Made by a program: the position numbers and the translations under genes. From assembly GCA_963737155.1 (NCBI GenBank), contig CAVTRN010000002.1, positions 1,696,001-1,760,000 on the forward strand: a stretch of DNA of 64,000 bases, written 5' to 3'. Below are positions 52,394-63,452 of the stretch, piece by piece. The notes beneath the pieces are model-generated. The model saw nothing but the letters and a program-made list of their open reading frames with translations, was not told the DNA's origin and searched no databases. The stretch comes from Nitrospirota bacterium (lineage in GTDB: Bacteria; Nitrospirota; UBA9217). Positions within the stretch are counted from its first letter, which is position 1. The number at the start of each line of letters is the position of its first letter.

Positions 52394-52774
52394 ATGGCCA
52401 AGGTAAAGCTCGATAAAAATAAGGAACGCGAAGAACGCATTCCGATGGAGATCGTAGTCGACGCCTATGGTCCTGAGGAACAGGCGATGGGATGGTATTA
52501 TTATCTCGAAGAAAAACTTCGGTTTCCGTTTATCGCGCTTTGCAACTCGAGGCGCGCCATTTCCTCTTTGCAAGTTAAAGACAAGGTTGACGTCCTTGGA
52601 ATGGCTTCTGATGATGAGTGTGAACATGAAATGTTCGCAATGATCCGGTGGGAAAAGGATGGCTGGGCAGTTCCACTGTCCCAGCTTACTCCCATTAATT
52701 CCACAGACGCGCAAACCAGGCAAGCCGTCGGGGACTGGCATTATTGGGCGAAGATGGAGTACGAGTTCGGGTAA
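52394..52774 (+). CDS. CcbP-like 'calcium-binding' family protein
   Basis: EIVVDAYGPEEQAMGWYYYLEE.L.FPF.A...VPLSQL...QAVGDWHYW. Confidence 0.8.
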   Translation: MAKVKLDKNKEREERIPMEIVVDAYGPEEQAMGWYYYLEEKLRFPFIALCNSRRAISSLQVKDKVDVLGMASDDECEHEMFAMIRWEKDGWAVPLSQLTPINSTDAQTRQAVGDWHYWAKMEYEFG

Positions 52775-52806
52775 TAATCCTCGAGAGAATCCGGATCAAA
52801 GGATAA

Positions 52807-52835
52807 AGGTTCAATTCCTCTCGTCGGCTCCATTT
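52807..52835 (+). repeat. distal att-like duplication of the tRNA-Thr 3' end
   Basis: AGGTTCAATTCCTCTCGTCGGCTCCATTT, one mismatch to the tRNA 3' end. Confidence 0.85.
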
Positions 52836-53077
52836 CTATCAAGTATTTCCATGAATTGCAGATTTCCGCATAAACCGCTCGCTCCGCAAAATAGCGCATT
52901 TTACCCCGAAGAGCCGGTTGCTCAAATGCCCGTTTGGTCAATAAACTCACATGGTTGTATCCCATTAAATAAAATAGACGGCTGTGTCGATACGCCGGCG
53001 ACACCAGCGGCTTATATAAGGGTCGATTTACAACTAATGTTTTCCCACACGATATCGCCGTAAGTTTTTTTAAATAC

Positions 53078-53104
53078 TAAAGATTATAGCAAATTAGCCG
53101 ATAT
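53078..53104 (+). promoter_or_regulatory. sigma28 (FliA)-type promoter motif
   Basis: TAAA(53078-81)-N15-GCCGATAT(53097-104). Confidence 0.55.
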
Positions 53105-53566
53105 GTTTAAACAAACGGTTCTTGGCGCGGAACTATGAGTAAGGAATGTGGTATGAATCGTTATATAACTTCTTCATGAGATCATTGCGAGCGTTGCGGA
53201 AAGAAATCGATATTTGTATAATCATCGGAGAATAAGCGGCTGTGTCGCGGCGATAGTGGCAATGGCGGCTTATGTTTATATAAGGATAGATTTATAAGCT
53301 CATGCCTTTACCCACATTATGTCGCCTTGAACCTAAATTATGTAATGCCCTGAAAATTAAATCGATAAGGAAAATTTGACACTATCACAAGAGCAATGTA
53401 AAAACAGGATAAGTTGAGCTATTTCAATGGTGTGTTGAACAAATTGAAATGAAATCTTAATTAGCGTTGCTTTTTTTGTTGCTGTTGCGGCGTAAAAACG
53501 ATTTTAATCAAATTCGATTAAGACTTCTCATCCTGCATGGCAATTCTTCCTAGAGGTAATAAACCC

Positions 53567-54508
53567 ATGAAGAATCAAGAAAATATCATGATAGGTGATC
53601 AGACGTCAGTTCGATGGAAAGGGATAATCCTTACTGCCGGAGCGGGGACCCGACTGTATCCCAGCACGCTGGCAGTTAATAAACAACTGCTGAGCGTATA
53701 TGATAAACCGATGATTTATTATCCGCTGTCCATTTTGATGCTTGCAGGCATCAGGGAGATAATGATCATTACAACCGAATCCGATCTGAACAGATTCAAA
53801 AGCCTTCTCGGCGATGGATTCTCTCTCGGTATCGCAATTAGCTACGCAATTCAGCATAAACCTGAGGGAATTCCCCAAGCATTCACAATCGCCAGAGAAT
53901 TTATTGGTAAGGACAATGTTTGCCTAATTCTGGGAGATAATGTTTTTTACGGAGATGGTTTGGCAGCTATTTTCCGCAGAGTGGTTACTATGGAGAAAGG
54001 CGGCCTAATCTTCGGGTGTCGCGTGAAGGATCCCGAACGCTACGGCGTCGTGGAGTTTGACAAGGATGGAAAGGTAATCAGCGTGGAGGAGAAACCCGTG
54101 CGTCCCAAGTCGCATTACGCCGTTCCTGGACTCTATTTTTTCGACAATCGAGTTGTTGACATGGTTCTGCCGCTAAAGCCATCGGCGCGGGGCGAACTTG
54201 AAATAGCAGATATCATCCTAGAGTATCTTCGTAATGGCGAATTGAAAGTTGAGCGTTTGGGCAGGGGGTTCGCCTGGCTGGATACGGGAACCCATGATTC
54301 TCTGCTCGCAGCAAGTATGTTCATCGAAACCATAGAAAAACGTCAGGGATTGAAAGTAGCTTGCATTGAGGAAGTGGCATATAAAATGGGATATATTGAT
54401 ATAAACCAACTCCGGTCTCTGGCTGAACCGCTGCAGAAGAGCGGATATGGAAAGTATATATTGCAGATGCTCAGTGAACAGGAGGAAGAGAGAAGTAGTG
54501 TACATTAA
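53567..54508 (+). CDS. rmlA: glucose-1-phosphate thymidylyltransferase
   Basis: [52 protein letters not shown]. Confidence 0.93.
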   Translation: MKNQENIMIGDQTSVRWKGIILTAGAGTRLYPSTLAVNKQLLSVYDKPMIYYPLSILMLAGIREIMIITTESDLNRFKSLLGDGFSLGIAISYAIQHKPEGIPQAFTIAREFIGKDNVCLILGDNVFYGDGLAAIFRRVVTMEKGGLIFGCRVKDPERYGVVEFDKDGKVISVEEKPVRPKSHYAVPGLYFFDNRVVDMVLPLKPSARGELEIADIILEYLRNGELKVERLGRGFAWLDTGTHDSLLAASMFIETIEKRQGLKVACIEEVAYKMGYIDINQLRSLAEPLQKSGYGKYILQMLSEQEEERSSVH

Positions 54509-54570
54509 TCCGATTGGGAATCTACTGTTCATCTAAAAATTATCAAGAGCTAGATAATTACTTCAAATCA

Positions 54571-54597
54571 ATACCCCGCAGCAAACTGATGGGGTAT
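54571..54597. repeat. isolated REP/IS200-end-like hairpin
   Basis: ATACCCC-GCAGCAAACTGAT-GGGGTAT imperfect palindrome. Confidence 0.45.
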
Positions 54598-54809
54598 AAA
54601 AGTAGAATGTTCAACTGAGAAACCTGCGGTTTCTCTAACCGGGATACCGGTCAAAAACTGTCGAAAAAAATCCGCCTCCTACGCTGAATCTGTGGATATT
54701 TATTAGATAATAAATCCGTATTTGTTCTGTAATTACGCGTGATTGAAAGATATCACCACTGTCGATTAGGCTAATAAATGTCACAGTGAGATATATCATC
54801 TGCATTGTA

Positions 54810-54960
54810 AGAAACAATCAAATCCTGATCTGAACCACGAATCTCTTTCTTCAGTTGAAGAAGCTGCTCAAGTCTGCTATCATCAATACAGTTCATAGAA
54901 ACCTCCTGACGCTTGAATTTAGTTCCCGTATAAACTAATTTTTAGCAGGAGGTTTCTATT
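54810..54960 (-). pseudogene. IS110-family transposase 5' remnant with upstream inverted repeat
   Basis: ATG54896: MNCIDDSRLEQLLQLKKEIRGSDQDLIV, breaking off before the expected GID motif. ATAGAAACCTCCTG...CAGGAGGTTTCTAT inverted repeat covers the RBS. Confidence 0.55.
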
Positions 54961-55409
54961 TTGGGTAATCTTGAAAAAAATATTTCTTATACTTTAATGG
55001 GGAAGTCTAACCCCATGCTTTACCCATATATATCAAAATTAGCATAATGGCTATGCCGGAATTCGAGACTTTTCCTTAAATGCTTATTTTATTCTCAACA
55101 GATTCTGCTGAGGAGCCATTTTTTTTATTACCATACGAGTATAAGAATCTTAAGCCGGTAGGCCGGGGATTACTAGATAAGGTGAGGTCGCAATTAGCTT
55201 CTGGAACCAAGCAGTTCAGCCTTGACATGCCCTTACGGCTAATGCCGAGGTTGAATGACGCGCGGCCGTACCTGTTCGATCTGGATGGCGGAGGCGTCCC
55301 AACCTCCGCCTAGTGCTTATGACGCCGTCATATTTTTACCGATGTAACTTTGATGTAGTATTCTTCAATCGATATCTGCCCATCTCTTACCCCATACGCA
55401 AGCATTGAC

Positions 55410-55663
55410 GATCGCCGGTCCGGTTTTTTGAGGCCAGCAGTCAATCGGTTTGTAAATCTCGTAATTTGAGCTTTGATTTTGCCCGCGGTTTTGCTATCAT
55501 GCCCCATGGAATTCTCCTTTCTCTCTTTGAGTTTCCCCAAAACTCTTATCCAAAAGAGAGTACATGCGGGGGAAATCTCCGTTTTCACTTCTTTTTATTG
55601 TCTATCTTCCTGATATTACAAGCCTATTGTGCATTTTATAAATATTTCTGTGAAAAGTCCTGG
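55410..55663 (-). pseudogene. DDE transposase 5' remnant (IS4/IS1380-like) with probable left end
   Basis: MGHDSKTAGKIKAQITRFTNRLTAGLKKP resembles transposase N-termini; candidate end CCAGGACTTTTCACA. Confidence 0.45.
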
Positions 55664-55746
55664 CTTTTATAGATTGACAAAAAAGAAAATGAATGTTATT
55701 GTTCTTAACGGTGTTAAGCTAACATATCGTAGCTGAGGAAACTGTA

Positions 55747-56358
55747 ATGGGAGTCCAAAAAGAGAGGGTCAAGTACAGGGATGAGTTTCGCAGAGAGATC
55801 CTCGATGTGGCCCGTGAACTTTTTATAAATGAGGGCTACGAAAAATTTTCCATGCGTAAGCTCGCAGAAAAAATAGACTATTCAGCTACAACCATTTATC
55901 TTTATTTCAGAGACAAAGATGATTTGCTTTTAGCTATATGTGAAAAAGTTGCCGAGCAATATTTTGCCAATCTGAGTCGTATAAGAGCGAGTCACATAGA
56001 TCCTCTTGATACCCTTCGTCAAGCGTTACTCTACCTTGTAGAATTCGGGTTCAATAATCCAAACCAATATAGAGTGTTTTTCTTTACTCGCCCAGATGTT
56101 TATGGCACACAGGAAGAATTCATGGAGAAGGAGTCCATGGCCCGAAAATCCTATTTTATATTCAGAGAAATAGTACATGATTGCATCGATACAGGCAAAC
56201 TTCGGAAGTTGGATACGGAGCTGCTGACGCAGGCGCTTGCCGTAGCAGTTCACGGTTTAATCGTGATGACCATTTATAGAAAAGGTTTTCCTTGGGCAGA
56301 CCGGAACATGCTGGCCCACACTCTGGTTGACGGGCTGTTGAGAGGATACCTGAAGTAA
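55747..56358 (+). CDS. TetR/AcrR-family regulator
   Basis: ILDVARELF..EGYEKFSMRKLAEKIDYSATTIYLYFRDKDDLL. Confidence 0.93.
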   Translation: MGVQKERVKYRDEFRREILDVARELFINEGYEKFSMRKLAEKIDYSATTIYLYFRDKDDLLLAICEKVAEQYFANLSRIRASHIDPLDTLRQALLYLVEFGFNNPNQYRVFFFTRPDVYGTQEEFMEKESMARKSYFIFREIVHDCIDTGKLRKLDTELLTQALAVAVHGLIVMTIYRKGFPWADRNMLAHTLVDGLLRGYLK

Positions 56359-56378
56359 TTAATTGGGAGGAACTTAAA

Positions 56379-57581
56379 ATGAAGTACTCAAGACCGTTTA
56401 TTACGGCCAAGGGAAGATTCACGTGGACAATTATGAGCATCGGAATGCTCGCAGCATGCCTTGTTCTGGCAGGATGTGGAGGACAGAACGCCGCAGTCGC
56501 AAAGGAGGCATCTGCACCGCCCGAAGTCGGAGTTGTTGTGATAGAGCCTCAGCGGGTTGCGCTCACCATAGATCTTCCCGGCCGAACCTCCGCCTATAAC
56601 ATCGCCGAGATAAGACCTCAAGTGAGCGGCATCATACAGAAACGCCTTTTTACTGAAGGTGCTGATGTCAAGGCGGGCGAGGTGCTATACCAGATAGATC
56701 CTGCAAGCTATCAGGCTGCATACAATAGCGCAAAGGCAGCGCTCGACCGAACAGAGGCGAATCTCCTTCCGGCACGGCTCAAGTCCGAGCGCTATGAGGA
56801 TCTCGTCAAAATAAACGCGGTCAGTCAGCAGGATTACGACGACGCAAGCGCCGCGCTCAAGCAGGCCGAGGCTGATGTAGAGGCAGGAAAGGCTGCGCTT
56901 GAAACCGTCAGGATCAACCTGGCCTACACCAAATTAACTGCCCCCATCTCCGGACGGATCGGACGGTCGTCGGTAACCAATGGTGCTCTTGTGACCGCGA
57001 ATCAGTCTGCCGCGCTGTCCACGATCCAGCAGCTAAGCCCCATATATGTAGATGTTGCCCAGTCCAGCGCAGATATGCTTCGCCTGGAGCGGGAGATGGC
57101 AAGCGGCAGTATGAAAAGCGGTGGCGCAGCGCAGGCCCGGGTCAAGCTGTTGCTGGAGGACGGCAATGTCTATCCGCTGCCGGGAACGCTCAAGTTTTCT
57201 GAAGTAACGGTTGACCAGAGCACGGGGTCGATTACATTGCGGGCAGTCTTTCCAAACCCGAAGCAGATCCTGCTTCCGGGAATGTTTGTCCGCGCGGTCA
57301 TAGAGGAAGGTGTCAACGAACACGCAATCCTCGTTCCTCAGCGGGGCGTCACCCGTAACCCTGCAGGAGAAGCAATGGTTATGGTGGTAGGAAGCGGAGA
57401 AAAGGCGGAGCCGCGTATCATCAAGGTTGTCCGCACCGTCGGCGACAACTGGCTCGTCAGCGACGGACTGAAAGCAGGCGACCGGGTCATCCTTGACGGG
57501 CTGCAGAAGGCTCGTCCGGGAACGCCAGTCAAGGCCGTTGCGTTCGGGAGTAAGGGAAACAGCGCCCCGGCAGGCACGTAA
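56379..57581 (+). CDS. RND efflux periplasmic adaptor (AcrA/MexA-like lipoprotein)
   Basis: Lipobox LAGC; LPGRT, RPQVSGII, APISGRIG, LLPGMFV. Confidence 0.93.
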   Translation: MKYSRPFITAKGRFTWTIMSIGMLAACLVLAGCGGQNAAVAKEASAPPEVGVVVIEPQRVALTIDLPGRTSAYNIAEIRPQVSGIIQKRLFTEGADVKAGEVLYQIDPASYQAAYNSAKAALDRTEANLLPARLKSERYEDLVKINAVSQQDYDDASAALKQAEADVEAGKAALETVRINLAYTKLTAPISGRIGRSSVTNGALVTANQSAALSTIQQLSPIYVDVAQSSADMLRLEREMASGSMKSGGAAQARVKLLLEDGNVYPLPGTLKFSEVTVDQSTGSITLRAVFPNPKQILLPGMFVRAVIEEGVNEHAILVPQRGVTRNPAGEAMVMVVGSGEKAEPRIIKVVRTVGDNWLVSDGLKAGDRVILDGLQKARPGTPVKAVAFGSKGNSAPAGT

Positions 57582-57615
57582 ATACCGCCGAAGCGGAGAA
57601 ATAACGGAGAAATAA

Positions 57616-60600
57616 ATGTCGAGATTCTTTATAAATCGTCCTATCTTTGCCTGGGTAATCGCCATCATGGTCATGCTGGCGGGCCTCCTGGCGATCAAGA
57701 CACTGCCCGTCTCTCAGTACCCTCCCATCGCGCCGCCTGTGATCGCCATCAACGCCAGCTATCCAGGTGCCTCGGCCCAGACGGCGCAGGATACGGTCAC
57801 CCAGGTGATCGAGCAGAATTTGAACGGCATCGATAACCTGATCTATATGTCCTCCACCAGTGACTCGGCTGGAGCAGTCAGCATCGCCCTGACCTTCAAA
57901 GCCGGCACTGACCCAAACATCGCCCAGGTGCAGGTGCAGAACAAACTGCAGCTGGCCATGCCGCTTCTTCCCCAGATCGTGCAGCAGCAGGGGATTCAGG
58001 TGGTCAAGTCCGGTCGAAATTACATGCTGATCGTGGGGCTGGTTTCGGAAGACGGAACCATGGACCGCAATGCCCTGACCGATTTCATGGTCTCCAATAT
58101 TCAGGATACCATCAGCCGTCTGGACGGGGTAGGGGAAATTATGGTGTTCGGCACCCAGAACGCCATGAGGATATGGCTCGACCCGGCGAAGCTGAACAAC
58201 TATCACCTGACCACCAACGACGTGATCACGGCCCTGCAGTCCCAAAACGTCCAGGTATCTGCCGGCCAGCTCGGCGGGACTCCTGCCGTACAAGGGCAGC
58301 AATTGAATGCCACGATCACGGCTCGCACCTTGTTGCAGACGTCTGACCAGTTCGATAACATCATCCTTCGAACTACCACCGACGGCTCTACAGTAAAACT
58401 TAAAGATGTGGCCGAGTCCAAGATCGGCACCGAGAATTACGACATTCAGTCGTTCTACAACGGAAAGCCGATGGGCGGATTGGCGATCCGGCTGGCCGCC
58501 GGGGCTAACGCCCTAGAGGCTGCAAACCGGGTCAAGGCAAAGATGGCGGAAATATCAAAGTACTTCCCGACGGGGATGAAGGTGGTCTATCCCTACGACT
58601 CCACCCCCTTCGTGAGGGTCTCCATCGAAGAGGTGGTACACACCCTGGTGGAGGCGGTTTTCCTGGTTTTTATCGTGATGTTCCTGTTCCTCCAGAACTT
58701 CCGGGCTACGTTGATTCCCACCATCGCGGTGCCCGTGGTGCTCCTGGGAACCATGGGAGTGCTGTCGGCGAGTGGCTTCTCCATCAACACTCTGACTATG
58801 TTCGCCTTGGTCATCGTCATCGGCCTCCTAGTTGACGATGCGATCGTCGTTGTCGAGAACGTCGAGCGTATCATGTCGGAGGAGGGCCTGTCTCCACGTG
58901 ATGCCACGATCAAGTCGATGGGCCAGATTACGAGCGCCCTCTGGGGCATTGCGACCGTCCTCTCGGCGGTCTTTCTCCCCATGGCCTTCTTTGGCGGTTC
59001 TACGGGCGTCATCTACCGGCAGTTCTCGATCACGATAATTTCGGCCATGATCCTGTCGGTGCTGGTGGCCCAGATCCTGACCCCGGCCCTCTGCGCCACC
59101 ATCCTCAAGCCGATGGAGAAGGGGCACCATTCCGGCGAGACCGGCCGGTTTGCCTGGTTCTTCCGTTCTTTCAACCGGGCATTTGAGTTCTCCCGGGGAA
59201 AATATGAGGGGATTGTCGGTCGCTCCTTTGCTAAGCCGGTGCGCTATATTGTGATCTACAGCTGCATCGTCACGGCAATGGCGTACTTTTTCTTTCATCT
59301 GCCAACCTCGTTTCTCCCTGACGAAGACCAGGGATTCCTGCTTTGCCAAGTCCAGCTCCCCGCCGGCGCCACCGTGGAACGCACCCTGCAGTCTGTGAAG
59401 CAGATGGAGCGGCACTTCCTGGAGGACGAGAAGAAGACGGTGGAGGGGATCATCACAGTGGCCGGGTTCAGCTTTGCCGGCCGCGGCCAGAACATGGGGC
59501 TCGCCTGGGTGAAGCTCAAGGACTGGAACGTGCGCAAAACCCCGGACCTGAAGGCCCCTGCCATTGCGGCGCGTGCGATGAAGGCGTTCTCGCAGATCCG
59601 AGACGGCCTCGCCTTTGCTTTTGCCCCGCCGGCGGTGCTGGAGTTGGGGGTGGCCAACGGCTTCGACTTCGAGCTGCAGGACCGCGCCGGTCTCGGGCAT
59701 GCCAAGCTGATGGAAGCCCGCAACCAGCTCCTCTCCATGGCTATGAAAGATCCTAAGCTGATGTCGGTGCGCCCCAATGGCCAAGACGATTCTCCCCAGT
59801 TCAAGCTCGATATCGATGACGTCCGGGCCGGTGCACTCGGGGTCTCGTTGAGTAATATCAACGACGTCCTCTCAACCGCATGGGGGAGTACCTATGTCAA
59901 CAACTTCATACAGAACGGCCGGGTGAAGAAGGTCTATATCCAGTCTGATCCCCGCTACCGGATGCTGCCGGAGGACATCAACAGCTGGTACGTCAGTAAT
60001 AAGAGCGGCCAGATGGTGCCGTTTTCCGCCTTTGCCACCGCGCGCTGGCAGTACGGCTCCCCCCGCCTGGAGCGATACAACGGCCTCCCCTCGGTCGAGA
60101 TCCTGGGGCAAGCTGCTCCTGGTGTAAGCACCGGCGAAGCGATGGCCGAGATGAAAAAGATGGCGGCCCAGCTCCCGCCAGGCATCGGGTACGAATGGAC
60201 CGGCCTTTCCTTCGAGGAAAAGAATGCCGGGGCCCAGGCGCCGGCGCTATATGCGATATCGCTCCTCGTCGTGTTTCTCTCTGTCGCGGCGCTGTATGAG
60301 AGCTGGACGATTCCTTTTGTGAATCTGCTGATGCTGCCGCTCGGCCTCGTTGGTGCAGTTACGATGGTCAATCTTCGCGGCCTTCCTAATGACATTTATC
60401 TCCAGATCGGTCTGCTCACGACAGTCGGCCTCTCAACCAAGAACGCGATCCTTATCATCCAGTTCATCAAGGAACAGATGCGCCAGGGACACGAACTCAT
60501 GGAGGCGACGCTTAACGCAGTGAGGATCAGACTCCGTCCGGTTCTCATGACCTCAATGGCCTTCTTCTTCGGCACGCTGCCGCTTGCGCTTACGAAAGGC

Positions 60601-60813
60601 GCCGGCGCTGGGGCCCAGAACGCAATAGGCACGGCCGTAACGGGCGGATTGCTCTCCGCCACATTTATCGACCTGATCTTCATTCCATTCTTCTTCGTAA
60701 TGGTATCACGGCTGTTCGGACGGGAGAAATCCAAAGAGCACGCAGCAGCACATGCTGTTTCAGCAGAGTACGCAGCAGCACAAACCGTTTCAACTTCTGC
60801 GGAGGAACAGTGA
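57616..60813 (+). CDS. HAE1 RND efflux permease (AcrB/MexB-like)
   Basis: [45 protein letters not shown]. Confidence 0.96.
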   Translation: MSRFFINRPIFAWVIAIMVMLAGLLAIKTLPVSQYPPIAPPVIAINASYPGASAQTAQDTVTQVIEQNLNGIDNLIYMSSTSDSAGAVSIALTFKAGTDPNIAQVQVQNKLQLAMPLLPQIVQQQGIQVVKSGRNYMLIVGLVSEDGTMDRNALTDFMVSNIQDTISRLDGVGEIMVFGTQNAMRIWLDPAKLNNYHLTTNDVITALQSQNVQVSAGQLGGTPAVQGQQLNATITARTLLQTSDQFDNIILRTTTDGSTVKLKDVAESKIGTENYDIQSFYNGKPMGGLAIRLAAGANALEAANRVKAKMAEISKYFPTGMKVVYPYDSTPFVRVSIEEVVHTLVEAVFLVFIVMFLFLQNFRATLIPTIAVPVVLLGTMGVLSASGFSINTLTMFALVIVIGLLVDDAIVVVENVERIMSEEGLSPRDATIKSMGQITSALWGIATVLSAVFLPMAFFGGSTGVIYRQFSITIISAMILSVLVAQILTPALCATILKPMEKGHHSGETGRFAWFFRSFNRAFEFSRGKYEGIVGRSFAKPVRYIVIYSCIVTAMAYFFFHLPTSFLPDEDQGFLLCQVQLPAGATVERTLQSVKQMERHFLEDEKKTVEGIITVAGFSFAGRGQNMGLAWVKLKDWNVRKTPDLKAPAIAARAMKAFSQIRDGLAFAFAPPAVLELGVANGFDFELQDRAGLGHAKLMEARNQLLSMAMKDPKLMSVRPNGQDDSPQFKLDIDDVRAGALGVSLSNINDVLSTAWGSTYVNNFIQNGRVKKVYIQSDPRYRMLPEDINSWYVSNKSGQMVPFSAFATARWQYGSPRLERYNGLPSVEILGQAAPGVSTGEAMAEMKKMAAQLPPGIGYEWTGLSFEEKNAGAQAPALYAISLLVVFLSVAALYESWTIPFVNLLMLPLGLVGAVTMVNLRGLPNDIYLQIGLLTTVGLSTKNAILIIQFIKEQMRQGHELMEATLNAVRIRLRPVLMTSMAFFFGTLPLALTKGAGAGAQNAIGTAVTGGLLSATFIDLIFIPFFFVMVSRLFGREKSKEHAAAHAVSAEYAAAQTVSTSAEEQ

Positions 60814-60814
60814 T

Positions 60815-62293
60815 ATGGGGAAAATGCCTTGCATTGTTAAAAAGTTTCCAAGACATCTAGCCGACGAGTATGGACGTCTGGCAGGTTCAGGACTCCGTAG
60901 TGCAGTTGTTGCTCTTGCCTTGCTTGCTCTCTCAAGCTGTACAATGATTCCCGAATATACACGACCGGCAGCGCCTGTCCCGGCCGAATGGCCGAGTGGC
61001 CCTGCTTATAAGCAAGGCGAAGTGAAGCCGACCGGCAAGGCTGTGGCCAACATCAAATGGCAGGAGTTTTTTGTTGACGGACAACTGCGGAAGTTGATTG
61101 AACTCGCATTAGAAAACAACCGGGATCTGCGAATAGCCGCGCTCAATATAGAAGAGTCTCAGGCGCTTTATCAAATCCAGCGTGCCGATCTTTTTCCAAC
61201 GGTGACCGCGGCCGGCGCTGTACTTGACCAACGGGTACCTGCGAGTCTATCTATTACCGGACAGTCGGTAACTCCACATGAATATAGTGTTGGTCTCGGT
61301 TTCAGCTCCTATGAGATCGATCTATTCGGTCGGGTGCGAAGCCTCAAAGAGCAGGCGCTTGAGCAGTTCTTCGCGACTGCTGAGGCACGTCGCAGTGTGC
61401 AGATCAGCCTCGTGGCCGAGGTAGCAAGTGACTACCTGACCCTTGCATCAGATAAGGAGCATCTGAAAATCGCTCAGAATACATTCGAAAGCCAGCAGAC
61501 TTCGTACAACCTTATCAAGAGTCGCTTCGAGGTCGGCAGTTCATCGAAGTTGGATCTTCGTCAGGCCGAGACAAGTGTTGACACAGCCCGGGTTGACATT
61601 GCCGCCTTCACGAGCCAGGTGGCCCAGGACGAAAATGCGCTGGCTCTCGTTGTCGGCTCGCCGATCCCGCCGGATCTCCTGCCGTCCGGGCTAAGTGCAA
61701 TAACCGCACTGAAATATTTCAGCCCGGGCCTGCCGTCCGAGGAGCTGCTGCGCCGTCCCGATATCATGCAGGCGGAACATCTCCTCAAGTCCGCCAACGC
61801 CAACATTGGTGCAGCGCGCGCGGCGTTCTTCCCGAGCATTACCCTCACAAGCAGCCTTGGTTTTTCAAGTCTTCAGTTGTCCTCACTCTTCGAGGGAGAA
61901 GCCAGAGTATGGAGCTTTGCACCGGAAATTACTCTGCCGATCTTTGATGCGGGGCGCAACCTGGCAAGTTTGAAGGCTTCAAAAATAGACCGCGAAATCT
62001 TCCTTGCACAGTACGAGAAGGCGATCCAGAGCGCCTTCAGGGAAGTGGCAGACGCCCTTGCTCAGTACGGCACTCTTAGTGACCAACTTGAGGCCCAGCG
62101 AGCTCTGACGGATGCCACTGCTGAAGCTTTCAGTTTATCGCAGGCGCGTTACAGCAAAGGCATATCGAACTATCTGGATGTCCTTGACTCTCAACGCTCT
62201 CTTTACAGCGCACAGCAGGGACTGATTGCCGTTCGTCTCTCCCAACTCACCAATCTGGTGACGCTCTACAAGGTACTCGGTGGAGGGGCGTGA
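60815..62293 (+). CDS. outer-membrane efflux lipoprotein (OprM/NodT-like)
   Basis: LALSSC lipobox; [29 protein letters not shown]. Confidence 0.93.
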   Translation: MGKMPCIVKKFPRHLADEYGRLAGSGLRSAVVALALLALSSCTMIPEYTRPAAPVPAEWPSGPAYKQGEVKPTGKAVANIKWQEFFVDGQLRKLIELALENNRDLRIAALNIEESQALYQIQRADLFPTVTAAGAVLDQRVPASLSITGQSVTPHEYSVGLGFSSYEIDLFGRVRSLKEQALEQFFATAEARRSVQISLVAEVASDYLTLASDKEHLKIAQNTFESQQTSYNLIKSRFEVGSSSKLDLRQAETSVDTARVDIAAFTSQVAQDENALALVVGSPIPPDLLPSGLSAITALKYFSPGLPSEELLRRPDIMQAEHLLKSANANIGAARAAFFPSITLTSSLGFSSLQLSSLFEGEARVWSFAPEITLPIFDAGRNLASLKASKIDREIFLAQYEKAIQSAFREVADALAQYGTLSDQLEAQRALTDATAEAFSLSQARYSKGISNYLDVLDSQRSLYSAQQGLIAVRLSQLTNLVTLYKVLGGGA

Positions 62294-62449
62294 TTGAGGT
62301 CTCAAAAACTCTTAGTGGTACTCAGTCCTTATCACACGCCCACCCTCGCTGGTGGTCGTATTTACATAGCGGCTGATGGCGTTGTGAAGGCCTTCGCGCG
62401 GTAGCTGTGAAATGCATCAACGACATGGACGTATTGGGTGTGTTTTTCT

Positions 62450-62617
62450 CCGGAATCTTATCTTTGTTACTTTCGCTGTCTCATATAGAATTATTTGGGT
62501 ATCCGGATTTTGCGGTTGATAACCCGAAAACTCGGATACCATAGATATTTGAGTTGCTAGTTGATTTCCGGATTTTAGAGCGCTGTACTTTTTTCCATTA
62601 CTCCGGATTTTGCGGTT
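62450..62617 (+). repeat. short direct repeats
   Basis: TCCGGATTTTGCGGTT at 62502 and 62602; TCCGGATTTT at 62567; variant TCCGGAATCTT at 62450. Confidence 0.65.
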
Positions 62618-62708
62618 AATTTGCCAAGCTCCCTGCTCATGGGCCACCATCTATAATCCTCTAAAATATAGCTTGCAAATTGGTGTCAAATATGTCAACA
62701 TATAGCAC

Positions 62709-63053
62709 ATGAGAGACACGTGATCAATTTCATGGATCAAAGCTGCAAGGAAGGATTTCCTGAAATTTCCCGAAGATGTGCAGGTCGATATGCTAAGCGC
62801 CCTTACGATAGCGGCTGAAGGTAGCAAGTCGGACAAGGCCAAGCCGTTTAAGGGTGTTGACAGTGGCGTGTTTGAAATAGCACTTGATTACCAAGGTGAC
62901 ACATTCCGTGTTATTTATGCCGTGAAAATAGGGGTGGATATTTGGGTTATCCACGCTTTCCAAAAGAAATCAAAGTCCGGAATAAAGACCCCTCAAATGG
63001 ATGTTGATCTTATCCGTGAACGCCTGAAACGACTAAAGGAGGCACTGCAATGA
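62709..63053 (+). pseudogene. RelE/Gp49-like toxin with in-frame TGA at codon 5
   Basis: ATG AGA GAC ACG TGA TCA ATT TCA TGG... is in frame with ISWIKAARKDF..FP..VQ and FRVIY...HAFQKKSKSGIKTP. Confidence 0.8.
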
Positions 63054-63376
63054 AAGAGAAAGACAATTTTGAATTAATACGCGGCAGTGGCAACGTATTT
63101 CGCGACTTTGGCCGTAGTAATGCCAGTTTGGAACAAGCGCGCGCTATTATTGCAGCAAAAATTATACATACACTTGATGAGCGCGAGCTATCCACACGCG
63201 AAGCCGAAAGGCTAACGGGCGTGTCACATTCTGAGTTTTCGCGCATCCGCAACACACAACTTCAACGCTTTACGATTGATCGGATGATTACTATTTTAGG
63301 AAAACTGGATAAAAACATTGAGATACGTGTTACTTTCCAGTCAGGGCATTCTTTACGACAACGGCTACACGCCTAA
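63050..63376 (+). CDS. XRE/HTH_37 antitoxin
   Basis: GSGNVFRDFG, HTH, FTIDRM; ATGA overlap with the toxin. Confidence 0.88.
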   Translation: MKEKDNFELIRGSGNVFRDFGRSNASLEQARAIIAAKIIHTLDERELSTREAERLTGVSHSEFSRIRNTQLQRFTIDRMITILGKLDKNIEIRVTFQSGHSLRQRLHA

Positions 63377-63452
63377 ATATACTATTCGCAGGCTGCGAGT
63401 AGTGACTCACTTTAAACTACCATAAGAACCCGATTTTTATAAGAGGCAAACG

